The position numbers were made by a program, and so were the translations under genes. Below, in pieces: positions 56,056 to 64,000 of a DNA stretch of 64,000 bases; position 1 is the stretch's first letter, and each line of letters starts with the position of its first letter. The DNA lies in contig CAYFNT010000011.1 of the NCBI GenBank assembly GCA_964344565.1, positions 5,622 to 69,621 of the forward strand. Reading direction: 5' to 3'. The stretch is from an uncultured bacterium (GTDB lineage Bacteria > Krumholzibacteriota > Krumholzibacteriia > JACNKJ01). The notes under the pieces are model-generated. The model saw only the letters and a list, made by a program, of their open reading frames with translations. It made no database searches and had not been told where the DNA came from.

Positions 56056-56729
56056 TGGCGGGCAGGCTCATCCTCGTGCCCACTCCCGTGGGCAACCTGG
56101 AGGACATCACCCTTCGCGCCCTGCGAATCCTGAAGGAGGCCGACCTGGTGGCCGCCGAGGACACGCGCCACACGGGACGGCTCCTCGCGCACTTCGAGAT
56201 CAAGGCCCGCTTCATGAGCTTTCACGAACACAACGAGGCCCGGCAGAGCGAGGAGATCGTGAAGCTGCTCGCGGAGGGAAAGACCGTGGCCCTGGTGAGC
56301 GACGCGGGAACGCCCGGGGTCAGCGATCCCGGATTTCGGGCGGTGCGCGCGGCGCTGGCGGCCGGACACGAAGTGGAGGCCCTGCCGGGACCCACGGCCG
56401 TGATCCCCGCGCTGGTGATCAGCGGACTGCCCGCGTCCCGATTCATTTTCGAGGGATTCCTGCCCCGAAAGGCGGGTGCTTTGCGCCGCAGCCTGGAAGC
56501 CCTCGAGGGCGAAACGCGCACGGTGATCTTCTACGAGTCGGTGCACCGCATCGCCAAGAGCGCCGCCATGCTGGCCGAGATGTACCCCGACCGGTCCGTG
56601 GCCCTCGTGCGCGAGATCAGCAAGAAGCACGAGGAGGCCATCCGCGGAAGCGCCGCCGAACTCCTGGCGCGATTGGAAGCGAAACCCGTGAAGGGCGAAC
56701 TGGTACTGCTGGTGGGTCCCGAATCTTGA
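56055..56729 (+). CDS. rsmI: 16S rRNA (cytidine1402-2'-O)-methyltransferase
   Basis: [44 protein letters not shown]... is the tetrapyrrole-methylase-fold RsmI signature. ATG overlaps the nadE stop by 1 nt. Confidence 0.85.
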   Translation: MAGRLILVPTPVGNLEDITLRALRILKEADLVAAEDTRHTGRLLAHFEIKARFMSFHEHNEARQSEEIVKLLAEGKTVALVSDAGTPGVSDPGFRAVRAALAAGHEVEALPGPTAVIPALVISGLPASRFIFEGFLPRKAGALRRSLEALEGETRTVIFYESVHRIAKSAAMLAEMYPDRSVALVREISKKHEEAIRGSAAELLARLEAKPVKGELVLLVGPES

Positions 56730-56775
56730 CTTCCCCTCCGGGGAGGAATAGTCTCGCAGCTTAGGAGGAGGGCGG

Positions 56776-57375
56776 ATGTTCAAAGAACGCGTCCAGCTGA
56801 TTGGCAGAAAACCGCTCGAGCCCATGGCGGTGCTGCTGCTGCGCATGGGACTCACTCCTAACGCCCTGACCATGACCGGCGTGGTGCTGTCGGTGGGCGC
56901 CGGTCTGGCCATCGTGCGCGGCCGCCTGATCAGCGCGGGCATCCTTCTGTTGGCCGGCGGTCTTTGCGACATCCTCGACGGCAGCATGGCCAGGCGCGGC
57001 GGCAAGAGCACCGTGCGCGGCGCCTTCCTGGATTCCACCCTGGACCGCATCAGCGAGATCGCCGTCTTCTTCGGACTGCTTCTCTACTGGAACGGCAACC
57101 TCGCCTTTCAGTCGTGGACCTTCCTGGCCCTCACCGGATCGCTCATGACCAGCTACGCCCGCGCCCGTGCCGAGGGCCTGGGCCTCAGCGCCAAGGTGGG
57201 GCTGCTGGAGCGTCCCGAGCGCGTGATCCTGCTCATCCTGGCCCTGCTCCTGAACTCCTGGACGGTGCTCGGGCGCGGTTCCCTGGAGTGGGTGGTCGTG
57301 CTGCTGGCCATCCTCACCTGGTTCACGACCATGCAGAGGCTCGTCCACGTGCTCATCCGCAATCATGAATCCTGA
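56776..57375 (+). CDS. CDP-alcohol phosphatidyltransferase (PgsA-like)
   Basis: ...GGLCDILDGSMARRGG...GAFLDSTLDRISE... is the D(x)2DG(x)2AR...G(x)3D(x)3D motif. Polytopic. Confidence 0.8.
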   Translation: MFKERVQLIGRKPLEPMAVLLLRMGLTPNALTMTGVVLSVGAGLAIVRGRLISAGILLLAGGLCDILDGSMARRGGKSTVRGAFLDSTLDRISEIAVFFGLLLYWNGNLAFQSWTFLALTGSLMTSYARARAEGLGLSAKVGLLERPERVILLILALLLNSWTVLGRGSLEWVVVLLAILTWFTTMQRLVHVLIRNHES

Positions 57376-58033
57376 TTTCCGACGCCTCGAGGGCGGTCTC
57401 TTCATCACCCTGGAAGGCGGCGAGGGCAGCGGCAAGAGCACCCTCATGAACCGTCTTCGGGAATTCCTGGAAAGCGAAGGCTACGAGGTTCACGAGACCC
57501 GCGAACCCGGCGGCCCGCCCATCGCCGAGCGCGTGCGCGAGATCCTGCTCGATCCGGAGTGTCGCGCCATGGACGCGCGCACGGAGCTATTCCTCTACCT
57601 GGCCTCACGCAGGCAGAACGTGGTGGAGGTGATCCGTCCCGTGCTCCAGCGGGGTGGCGTGGTGCTCAGCGACCGTTTCCTCGACGCCAGCGTGGCCTAT
57701 CAGGGCGGCGGCCGGGAGCTGGGCTTCGAGCTGGTGGACCGCCTCAATCGCGATGCCGTGGAAGAGACCCTGCCCGACCTCACCCTGCTCCTGGATCTGG
57801 ATCCCGAGTTGGGACTCGCCCGCGGACCTGGAGTTTCGGATGAGAATCGCGATAATGGCGACCGCATCGAGCGGGAGGGCTCGGCCTTCCATCGACGCGT
57901 GCGAGCCGCATATAAGGAAGCCGCAAGCAGATCACCGGAACGCTTCGTGCATCTCGATGCGACTGAATCGGCGGAGAAGGTCGCGGATTCGGCCCTGGAA
58001 GCGCTTCGGAACCTTCTGTCCGCCAAACCGTAA
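57365..58033 (+). CDS. tmk: Thymidylate kinase
   Basis: FITLEGGEGSGKST P-loop, DRF/LID region, 222 aa. Overlaps the upstream gene by 11 nt. Confidence 0.9.
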   Translation: MNPDFRRLEGGLFITLEGGEGSGKSTLMNRLREFLESEGYEVHETREPGGPPIAERVREILLDPECRAMDARTELFLYLASRRQNVVEVIRPVLQRGGVVLSDRFLDASVAYQGGGRELGFELVDRLNRDAVEETLPDLTLLLDLDPELGLARGPGVSDENRDNGDRIEREGSAFHRRVRAAYKEAASRSPERFVHLDATESAEKVADSALEALRNLLSAKP

Positions 58034-58109
58034 GCCGGCCAATCTTGCCGCGGTCGCTGCGCTCGCCTACATTTAAGCCAGCATCCCGCCCAATCGACCG
58101 GAGAATCCC

Positions 58110-59687
58110 ATGAAAAAGCGACTGATCACCAGCGCCCTCTTCATCGCCGCACTTCTCGCCGCGGGTCTCGCCTTCGGCTACCCGCGCGGGCGCAACAACG
58201 AGGCCTACAAGGATCTCGAGCGCTTCACCCTGGCCTATCAGCGAATCCTGACTGCCTACGTGGAGGAAGTCGACAGCGACCTGCTCGTGGACAAGGCCAT
58301 CGAGGCCATGGTCGACGAGCTCGACGCCTTCAGCGCCGTCCTCGAGGAAGACCGCTACGACGATCTCATGACCCGCTCCAAGCAGGAGTTCGGCGGCCTC
58401 GGCATCGTCATCGGTCTGCGCGACGATTTCCCCACGGTCATCAGTCCCATCGAAGATACCCCTGCCGCGCGATTGGGCATTCGCGGCGGCGATCGCATCG
58501 AGGAGATCGAGGGCGACTACACCGAGGGCTGGAAGATACAGGATGCGGTGGACCGCCTGCGCGGTGAGAAGGGCAGCGACGTCACCATCGGCATCCGCCG
58601 TTTCGGCGAGGACGAGCTGATTCCCTACACCATCACCCGCGACATCATCGTGGTGACCAGTGTGCCCTACTCCTTCAAGGTGGATGAGAACCTGGGCTAC
58701 GTGCGCGTGAGCAACTTCGGCGAGAAGACGGCCGACGAGATCCAGGAAGCCGTGGAGCAGCTGGAGGAGGGCGGCATCGAGGGCCTGGTCGTCGACCTGC
58801 GCAACAATCCCGGCGGACTGCTCGACGCAGCCCGCGAAGTCAGCGAATTCTTCCTGGAATCCGGACAACTCATCGTGAGCACCCGCCATCGCGACGGCGT
58901 GCTGGGGCAGGAGCTCTACGCCCGGGGCGGCAAGCACAAGGCGGGCGAGTATCCGGTGGTGGTGCTCATCAACGAGGGATCGGCCAGCGCCAGCGAGATC
59001 GTGGCCGGAGCCGTCCAGGACTGGGACCGCGGGCTCGTGGTCGGACGCAACTCCTTCGGCAAGGGCAGCGTGCAGAGCATCTTTCCCCTGTCCGAAACCG
59101 AAGCGCTCAAGCTCACCACGGCCAAGTACTACACGCCCAGCGGCCGCTGCATCCATCGCGACGAGTACAATCACAAATTCAGCGATGCCGAGAACGACAC
59201 CCTCACCTGGGAGCACATCACCTCCGTACCTGAAGAGGAATTGCCCCCTTACGCGACGATGCGCCTGAATCGCACCGTGCGCGGTGGAGGCGGCATCATG
59301 CCCGACCTCATCGTGGAGGCGGACGAATTCTCCGACCTGGCCCTTGATCTGGAACGACGCGCTGCCTTCTTTAATTTCGCCGTGGAACTGGCGGCCGAAC
59401 GCGAGATCGGCCCGGACTTCGTCGCCGACGATGAGATCCTGGACCGATTCGAAGCATTCCTGGCCGGGCGCGAGATCGAATACGAGACGGAGCAGTTCGA
59501 GACTGAGCGCGAATACCTGTCCATGGCGATCCGGCGCGAACTCTTCTACAACCAGTTCGGCGCCGCCGAGGCCTACCGCTCCACCCTGGAGAGTGACCTT
59601 CCCCTTCAGGAGGCCCTGAGACTGCTTCGCGAGAACCGCACGGTGGACCGCCTGCTGGCCTCCGTGGAGCAGCAGAAAGAGAAATAG
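58110..59687 (+). CDS. Carboxyl-terminal processing peptidase, S41 family (tail-specific protease) with PDZ domain
   Basis: Signal peptide. PDZ (...GGLGIVIG...). ...VVDLRNNPGG..., GSASASEI (catalytic Ser), ...FGKGSVQ... (Lys). Confidence 0.85.
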   Translation: MKKRLITSALFIAALLAAGLAFGYPRGRNNEAYKDLERFTLAYQRILTAYVEEVDSDLLVDKAIEAMVDELDAFSAVLEEDRYDDLMTRSKQEFGGLGIVIGLRDDFPTVISPIEDTPAARLGIRGGDRIEEIEGDYTEGWKIQDAVDRLRGEKGSDVTIGIRRFGEDELIPYTITRDIIVVTSVPYSFKVDENLGYVRVSNFGEKTADEIQEAVEQLEEGGIEGLVVDLRNNPGGLLDAAREVSEFFLESGQLIVSTRHRDGVLGQELYARGGKHKAGEYPVVVLINEGSASASEIVAGAVQDWDRGLVVGRNSFGKGSVQSIFPLSETEALKLTTAKYYTPSGRCIHRDEYNHKFSDAENDTLTWEHITSVPEEELPPYATMRLNRTVRGGGGIMPDLIVEADEFSDLALDLERRAAFFNFAVELAAEREIGPDFVADDEILDRFEAFLAGREIEYETEQFETEREYLSMAIRRELFYNQFGAAEAYRSTLESDLPLQEALRLLRENRTVDRLLASVEQQKEK

Positions 59688-59728
59688 GCTCCCCGCCGCC
59701 GGCGGCGGAAGCCGCCCGGAGGCGAGGG

Positions 59729-60442
59729 ATGTACCAGGCCACACTCATCATTGACGCCGATGCCGGTGTCCTCGCCCTTCGCGAGGACACCCACGTCGCC
59801 AATGAGCTCGCCCTCCGCGCCTGGAAGGAATGGAAGGAATCCGGTTCCTGCTCCTCGGCCTTCGAGACCCTCGACATGGACATGGTGGACGACTACATCC
59901 GCAGCCAGTCCGTGGATCCCTACTTCCTCGATTTCTACGACTTCGTTTCCGAGCGGAAGATCCTCTTCGGCGTGGCCACCCAGAGGCTGGGGCGCATCGT
60001 CGAGACCATCCTTCGCCGCGAGGGCATGAACGGCGTGCCCGTCTTCGCCAACAAGCTGGACGTGGAGCCCTTCACCATCCGCCTGAGCTTTCCCCACTAC
60101 AAGGTGCTGGGCTGCGATCTCTGTCCGAGCTGCAACGTCTACCACCTGCGCCGATTCCGCCGTCCCGACGCGCCTCTCATCTTCGTGGGCGACAAGGAAC
60201 ACGACTTCTGCAGCTGCGTCGAGGCCGACCTGGCCTTCGCGCGGAACGGCCTGCATCGGAAGCTCGAAAGAGAGGGCGTTGAGCACATCCACTTCGAGCA
60301 TCTCCGCGACGTGGAGCGCACCCTCATGAACATGATCATGTCGGGGGAGTTGGCCGAACTTCCGCGCAAGGAGATCGAACTGCTCAGTCCGCCGCCCGTC
60401 GATGCAGATGGGAAGCTGCGCGGGCCAGAATCTCGTAGTTGA
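59729..60442 (+). CDS. HAD-IB family hydrolase, MtnX-like (2-hydroxy-3-keto-5-methylthiopentenyl-1-phosphate phosphatase-like) with Cys cluster
   Basis: LIIDADAGV (DxD), ...CDLCPSCN..., ...IFVGDKEHDFCSCVEADLAFAR... resembles MtnX. The 3' end overlaps convergent alr by ~58 nt. Confidence 0.55.
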   Translation: MYQATLIIDADAGVLALREDTHVANELALRAWKEWKESGSCSSAFETLDMDMVDDYIRSQSVDPYFLDFYDFVSERKILFGVATQRLGRIVETILRREGMNGVPVFANKLDVEPFTIRLSFPHYKVLGCDLCPSCNVYHLRRFRRPDAPLIFVGDKEHDFCSCVEADLAFARNGLHRKLEREGVEHIHFEHLRDVERTLMNMIMSGELAELPRKEIELLSPPPVDADGKLRGPESRS

Positions 60443-61526
60443 TGGTTCCCGCCAGGCCCGCCAGGGTCTCGGCGCTGATCTCCTCGCCATCCTGTCCGCC
60501 GATCAGCACGGCTTCGTCGCCGCGACGGGCCTCGGGTATGTGGCTGAGGTCCACGAGGGTGAGGTTCATCATCACCCGGCCGCGGATGGGAGCGCGCTTG
60601 CCGCGCACCAGGGCCCAGGCGCCGCCGAGTCCGCGATCGTAGCCGTCGGAGTAACCCACCGGCAGCACGCCGATGCGGGTCGGCGCTTCGGTCTTCCAGC
60701 TGCAGCCGTAGCCCACGTAGCTGCCCGCGGGCAGATCCTTCACCTGGATGATCCGCGCCTTCCAGGTCATCACCGGTTTCAGATCCAGATTGTTGCGCCC
60801 CTCGGCCCGCGCGCTCACGAGGGTTTCGCGGCTGGGCCAGTGTCCGTAGAGCGAGATGCCCACGCGCAGCAGGTCGCCCCGGGTATCGGGGAAGAGGATG
60901 CCGGCCGCCGAACAGGACTGGTGCAGCATCTCCGGCCGCAGCCCACCGTCCCCGAGTCGAGTCACCGCCGCCTCGAATCGACGCATCTGCTCGAGGGCGT
61001 AGCTGTGATCGGTGGTATCTTCGATGTTGGCGAAATGGCTGTGCACGCCTTCCACGCGGATGTGCTCGCAGCCGCTCGCCCGGGCGGCGAGTTCGTCGAG
61101 ACTCTCTTCGGGGAATCCCTGCCGATTGACGCCTGTCTCGACCTTGAGGTGGATGGGAATCCGGGCCCCGAGCTCCGAGCCCCGGGCCTCGAGTTCGTCG
61201 AGGCCCTCGAAATCGAAGACGGTGAATCGCGCGCCGGCCTCGAGGAGTTCGGGGAGCATCTCGGGCGGCGACCAGGACAGGATCAGCGTCTTCAGGTCAT
61301 GATCCGGATTCGAATCGGCAAGGGCCAGCGCCTCTTCGGGGGAGTGCACGCCGAACCATCGCTGCCCTTCTTCCGCGAGTATGCGCGAGACCTCGGCCAG
61401 TCCGTGCCCGTAGGCGTTGGCCTTGAGCACGGGCAGCAATTCGGCCGGCCCGGCCAGGTCCTTGAAGATGCGGTAGTTGTTCAGAAGGCTGGATCGCGAG
61501 ATCTCGATCCAGGTGGCTCTATTCAT
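60384..61526 (-). CDS. alr: Alanine racemase
   Basis: True start MNRATWIEIS at 61524-61526. VLKANAYGHG (PLP Lys), ...GISLYGHW..., ...VMMNLTLVDL... The upstream 327 codons of the track ORF are antisense to dusB. Confidence 0.9.
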   Translation of the reverse strand: MNRATWIEISRSSLLNNYRIFKDLAGPAELLPVLKANAYGHGLAEVSRILAEEGQRWFGVHSPEEALALADSNPDHDLKTLILSWSPPEMLPELLEAGARFTVFDFEGLDELEARGSELGARIPIHLKVETGVNRQGFPEESLDELAARASGCEHIRVEGVHSHFANIEDTTDHSYALEQMRRFEAAVTRLGDGGLRPEMLHQSCSAAGILFPDTRGDLLRVGISLYGHWPSRETLVSARAEGRNNLDLKPVMTWKARIIQVKDLPAGSYVGYGCSWKTEAPTRIGVLPVGYSDGYDRGLGGAWALVRGKRAPIRGRVMMNLTLVDLSHIPEARRGDEAVLIGGQDGEEISAETLAGLAGTINYEILARAASHLHRRAAD

Positions 61527-61622
61527 GGGGCTCCGCCTGGCTTGCTTCCCTTTCGCCGCGAGAGTATAGTGCTCGAACCCGCGCGGGAAAACGACTATCT
61601 CGCGCCATCCTACGAAGAGCCC

Positions 61623-62624
61623 ATGAACGGATTCCCGGATAAGCAAGGGCGCATCGACGCTCTCAGAAGCCTGCTCCGCGGCGGCGGCGCCGCCTGTGCG
61701 CCCATGGCGGGCATCACCGATCGCCCCTTCCGGCGCATCTGCCGGCGCATGGGATCCCTCTACGTGACCACCGAACTGCTCTCCAGCGAAGGCTGGAGCC
61801 GGGGCAGCGAGAAGACCCTGAAGATGGCCTCCTTCGGCGAGGAGGAGCGGCCCCTGGGCATCCAGCTCTTCGGCGCCGATCCGTCTGCCATGGCCGAGTC
61901 CGCCCGGTGTGCGGCGGAGCTCGGTCCCGACTTCATCGACATCAATTTCGGCTGTCCCGTGAAGAAGATCGTCAAGAGCGGCGGCGGTTCGGCCTGCATG
62001 AAGGATCTGCCCCTCATGGAGGACATCGTGCGCGCGGTGGACGAGGCGGTGGACCTGCCCGTCAGCATGAAGATCCGCGCGGGATGGGACGAGCATCACC
62101 TCAACGCGCCGGAGGCCGCGGTCATGGCCGAGCGCGTGGGCCTGGCCTTCGTGACCGTGCACGGCCGCAGCCGGACACAGTTCTTCAAGGGACTGGCCGA
62201 CCTGGGCATCATCCGCGAGACTCGCGAGGCGGTGGACATTCCCATCGTGGGCAACGGCGACGTGGTCGACGCGGCCAGTTACGCGCGCATGATCGAGGAG
62301 ACCGGCGTGGACACGGTGCTCGTGGGCCGCGGCTGCATCGGCAATCCCTGGATCTTCGGCGAGATAGAGGCCTATCGTCGGGGCGAGAGCTGGAGCCCGC
62401 CGGGCTTCGGAGAGCGCATCCACCTGGTGGTGGAGCATCTGGCCGCCAAGGTCGAGATGTTCGGCGAGAAGCGCGCGGTGGTGGAATTCCGCAAACAGGT
62501 GAGCCAATACCTCAAGGGACTGCCCGGCGCGGCGGAACTTCGCGCCAGGCTGTTCATCGAAGAGACCTTCGCCGCCGTGGAGGGCATCCTGCTCGACTGG
62601 CTGGCGCGGCAGGAGGGTCCATGA
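61623..62624 (+). CDS. dusB: tRNA-dihydrouridine synthase
   Basis: True start MNGFPDKQ. ...CAPMAGITDRPFRR..., ...IDINFGCPVKK..., ...VHGRSRTQ... Upstream part of the track ORF is antisense to alr. Confidence 0.85.
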   Translation: MNGFPDKQGRIDALRSLLRGGGAACAPMAGITDRPFRRICRRMGSLYVTTELLSSEGWSRGSEKTLKMASFGEEERPLGIQLFGADPSAMAESARCAAELGPDFIDINFGCPVKKIVKSGGGSACMKDLPLMEDIVRAVDEAVDLPVSMKIRAGWDEHHLNAPEAAVMAERVGLAFVTVHGRSRTQFFKGLADLGIIRETREAVDIPIVGNGDVVDAASYARMIEETGVDTVLVGRGCIGNPWIFGEIEAYRRGESWSPPGFGERIHLVVEHLAAKVEMFGEKRAVVEFRKQVSQYLKGLPGAAELRARLFIEETFAAVEGILLDWLARQEGP

Positions 62625-63244
62625 CCGTTCGTTCCAGGTTCGAGATGCCGAAGCGGGCGAGAGCCGGGCGCTTGAGTCATGGCTTGTGGATCGTCCTGCT
62701 CCTGGCGGCCTGCACGCCGAGGGTCCCGCCCCCCGGCGATCGCGAGTCCGCTCCGCCGCCGCCTTCGCCGGCCGCGGCCATGGTGAACGAGGGTCTGGAT
62801 CTGGCGCGCGAAGGAGACTATCTCGCGGCCATCGGACGCCTGCGCGATGCCGTCGAGACCGACGGGAGATTCGCCGAAGCCCACGCGCGCCTGGGCATCC
62901 TCTATCGCCGGATCGGAGAACTGGACCAGGCCCGCGAATCCCTGACTCGCGCCTTGAGCCTGGATCCTCGGAATTCCGAGTACATGTACGCCATGGGCAC
63001 CGTGCTCTTCGATCAGGAGCACTACCGGCGCGCGGCGAGTTCCTTCCGCGAAAGCTGGAAGCAGGACGGGCGGCTCAGCTCGCTCTTCTCCCTGGCCGAG
63101 ACCTATCTGCGAATGGGCAAGAAGGACCAGGCCGTCGATGCCTGGCGCGAATACCTGCGGCGCGACGCCGACAGCGTCTGGGGCAAGGAAGCCGCCCGCC
63201 GACTGGAGGAGTTGACCGCCGAGGATGATCCGCGTGGGCGATGA
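62621..63244 (+). CDS. TPR-repeat lipoprotein
   Basis: ATG overlaps the dusB stop. ...WIVLLLAACT lipobox, then TPR units (...AEAHARLGILYRRIGELDQARESLTRALSLDP...). Confidence 0.65.
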   Translation: MTVRSRFEMPKRARAGRLSHGLWIVLLLAACTPRVPPPGDRESAPPPPSPAAAMVNEGLDLAREGDYLAAIGRLRDAVETDGRFAEAHARLGILYRRIGELDQARESLTRALSLDPRNSEYMYAMGTVLFDQEHYRRAASSFRESWKQDGRLSSLFSLAETYLRMGKKDQAVDAWREYLRRDADSVWGKEAARRLEELTAEDDPRGR

Positions 63245-64000
63245 TGTCCTCATACGCGCGCGGGGTCTGTGCCTTGAGCGCGGAGGGCGAAACCTGCTCG
63301 AGGGCATCGATCTGGACCTTCGGCGCGGCGAGCACTGGCTCATCTGGGGGCCCAGCGGCGCGGGAAAGACGAGTCTGGCCCGGCTTCTCGCGGGGCTCGC
63401 CACTCCCACTTCAGGCGAACTGAGTTTCGCCACGCCGCCGCCTCACCCCATGCTCTTCCAGGATCCCGACGCGCAACTCGCGGCCGCCACGGTGGAGTCC
63501 GAGATCGCCCTGGGCGCCCATCGTCCGGGGGACGCGCCCGAGGCCGCCCGCGATCGGGTTCGCGACTCCCTGGGACGTTTCCGTCTCGAATCCTTCGCCT
63601 CGCGCAATCCTCACTCGCTCTCGGGCGGAGAGAAACGTCGGCTCGGTCTGGCCGCACTCATGGTCATGGACCGCGACCTTCTGATTCTCGACGAACCCGA
63701 ACTGCACCTGGACGAGCCCAGCTGGGACGAGTTCCTTCGCTCCCTCGACGCATGGCGCGCCCGATCGCCGCGCCTTCTCCTGGAGATAAGCAGGGATCCC
63801 GCCCGGGCCGAGTCGGCCGACGGCATCATCCTGATACGCGAGGGTCGGCTCGTGGCCGAGGGTTCCCCCCGCGAGGTCTACGAATCCCATCGAGCTCCCG
63901 ATTTGCCGAGGGTCGAGGCCTTCGAATCAGGATCCCTTCCACCCGCGAATCAAGCCACTGGCGTTCCGGGTGATCCGCTCATCGAGGCCCTCGGTCTCGG
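63234..64000 (+). CDS. ABC transporter ATP-binding protein (ECF/cobalt-type ATPase), 3' end runs off the window
   Basis: GTG start. Walker A GPSGAGKTS, signature LSGGEKRR, Walker B LLILDEP. No stop before 64000. Confidence 0.8.
   Translation, partial: MGDDVLIRARGLCLERGGRNLLEGIDLDLRRGEHWLIWGPSGAGKTSLARLLAGLATPTSGELSFATPPPHPMLFQDPDAQLAAATVESEIALGAHRPGDAPEAARDRVRDSLGRFRLESFASRNPHSLSGGEKRRLGLAALMVMDRDLLILDEPELHLDEPSWDEFLRSLDAWRARSPRLLLEISRDPARAESADGIILIREGRLVAEGSPREVYESHRAPDLPRVEAFESGSLPPANQATGVPGDPLIEALGL

Noticed and set aside
60402-62507. 740-aa (+) and 707-aa (-) giant overlapping ORFs
   Set aside because: Each is a real gene (dusB, alr) preceded by a long antisense read-through of the other. 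True starts (MNGFPDK at 61623; MNRATWIE at 61526) are identified by homology.
1-64000. tRNA, rRNA, tmRNA, RNase P or riboswitch genes
   Set aside because: No T-loop (GTTCGAATC-like) or anticodon-arm-compatible structures were seen in any intergenic gap >60 nt. No long non-coding stretch is compatible with rRNA.

Overview
This is a high-GC (~67%) bacterial contig with no rRNA or tRNA genes and no CRISPR array. It is probably from an uncultivated lineage in or near the FCB superphylum, because several secreted proteins end in T9SS/FlgD-Ig-like C-terminal sorting domains (NPFNP...VYDxxGRLV...GxYFxxL). Most of the window is housekeeping and operon-organised: addAB, moaC-moeA, the nitrilase-nadE-rsmI run, pgsA-like-tmk, ctpA, alr, dusB, rsgA, csp, HU, ptsN, cstA, trpF, gctAB-like CoA-transferase, and iorAB plus a fused buk-ptb.

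The most unusual structures are extragenic. A family of period-7 (heptamer) tandem-repeat arrays occurs four times. Two copies form a 49-bp inverted pair that exactly brackets a 23S-rRNA-IVS/Avd-like four-helix-bundle ORF, giving an IVS-like hairpin-bounded cassette between gntR and an acyl-CoA dehydrogenase. Two longer GACTGGN-type arrays exactly fill convergent intergenic gaps and abut stop codons.

Other notable items:
- Two lower-GC islands. One carries a COG1373 AAA+/DUF4143 ATPase with an extra C-terminal domain and its own AT-rich promoter. The other carries a beta-helix protein, a membrane protein and a small ORF.
- A Buk-Ptb single-polypeptide fusion next to iorAB.
- A tightly translationally coupled 5'-3' exonuclease / patatin / unknown operon.
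- A 1567-aa C25 gingipain-like protease.
- A split glutamine-dependent NAD synthetase.
- An ECF sigma paired with an SBBP-propeller anti-sigma.
- Several intergenic palindromes and tandem repeats.

Coordinates of CDS ends follow the ORF track, with the stop codon included. Starts were chosen by signal-peptide or N-terminal homology logic and may be off by a few codons.
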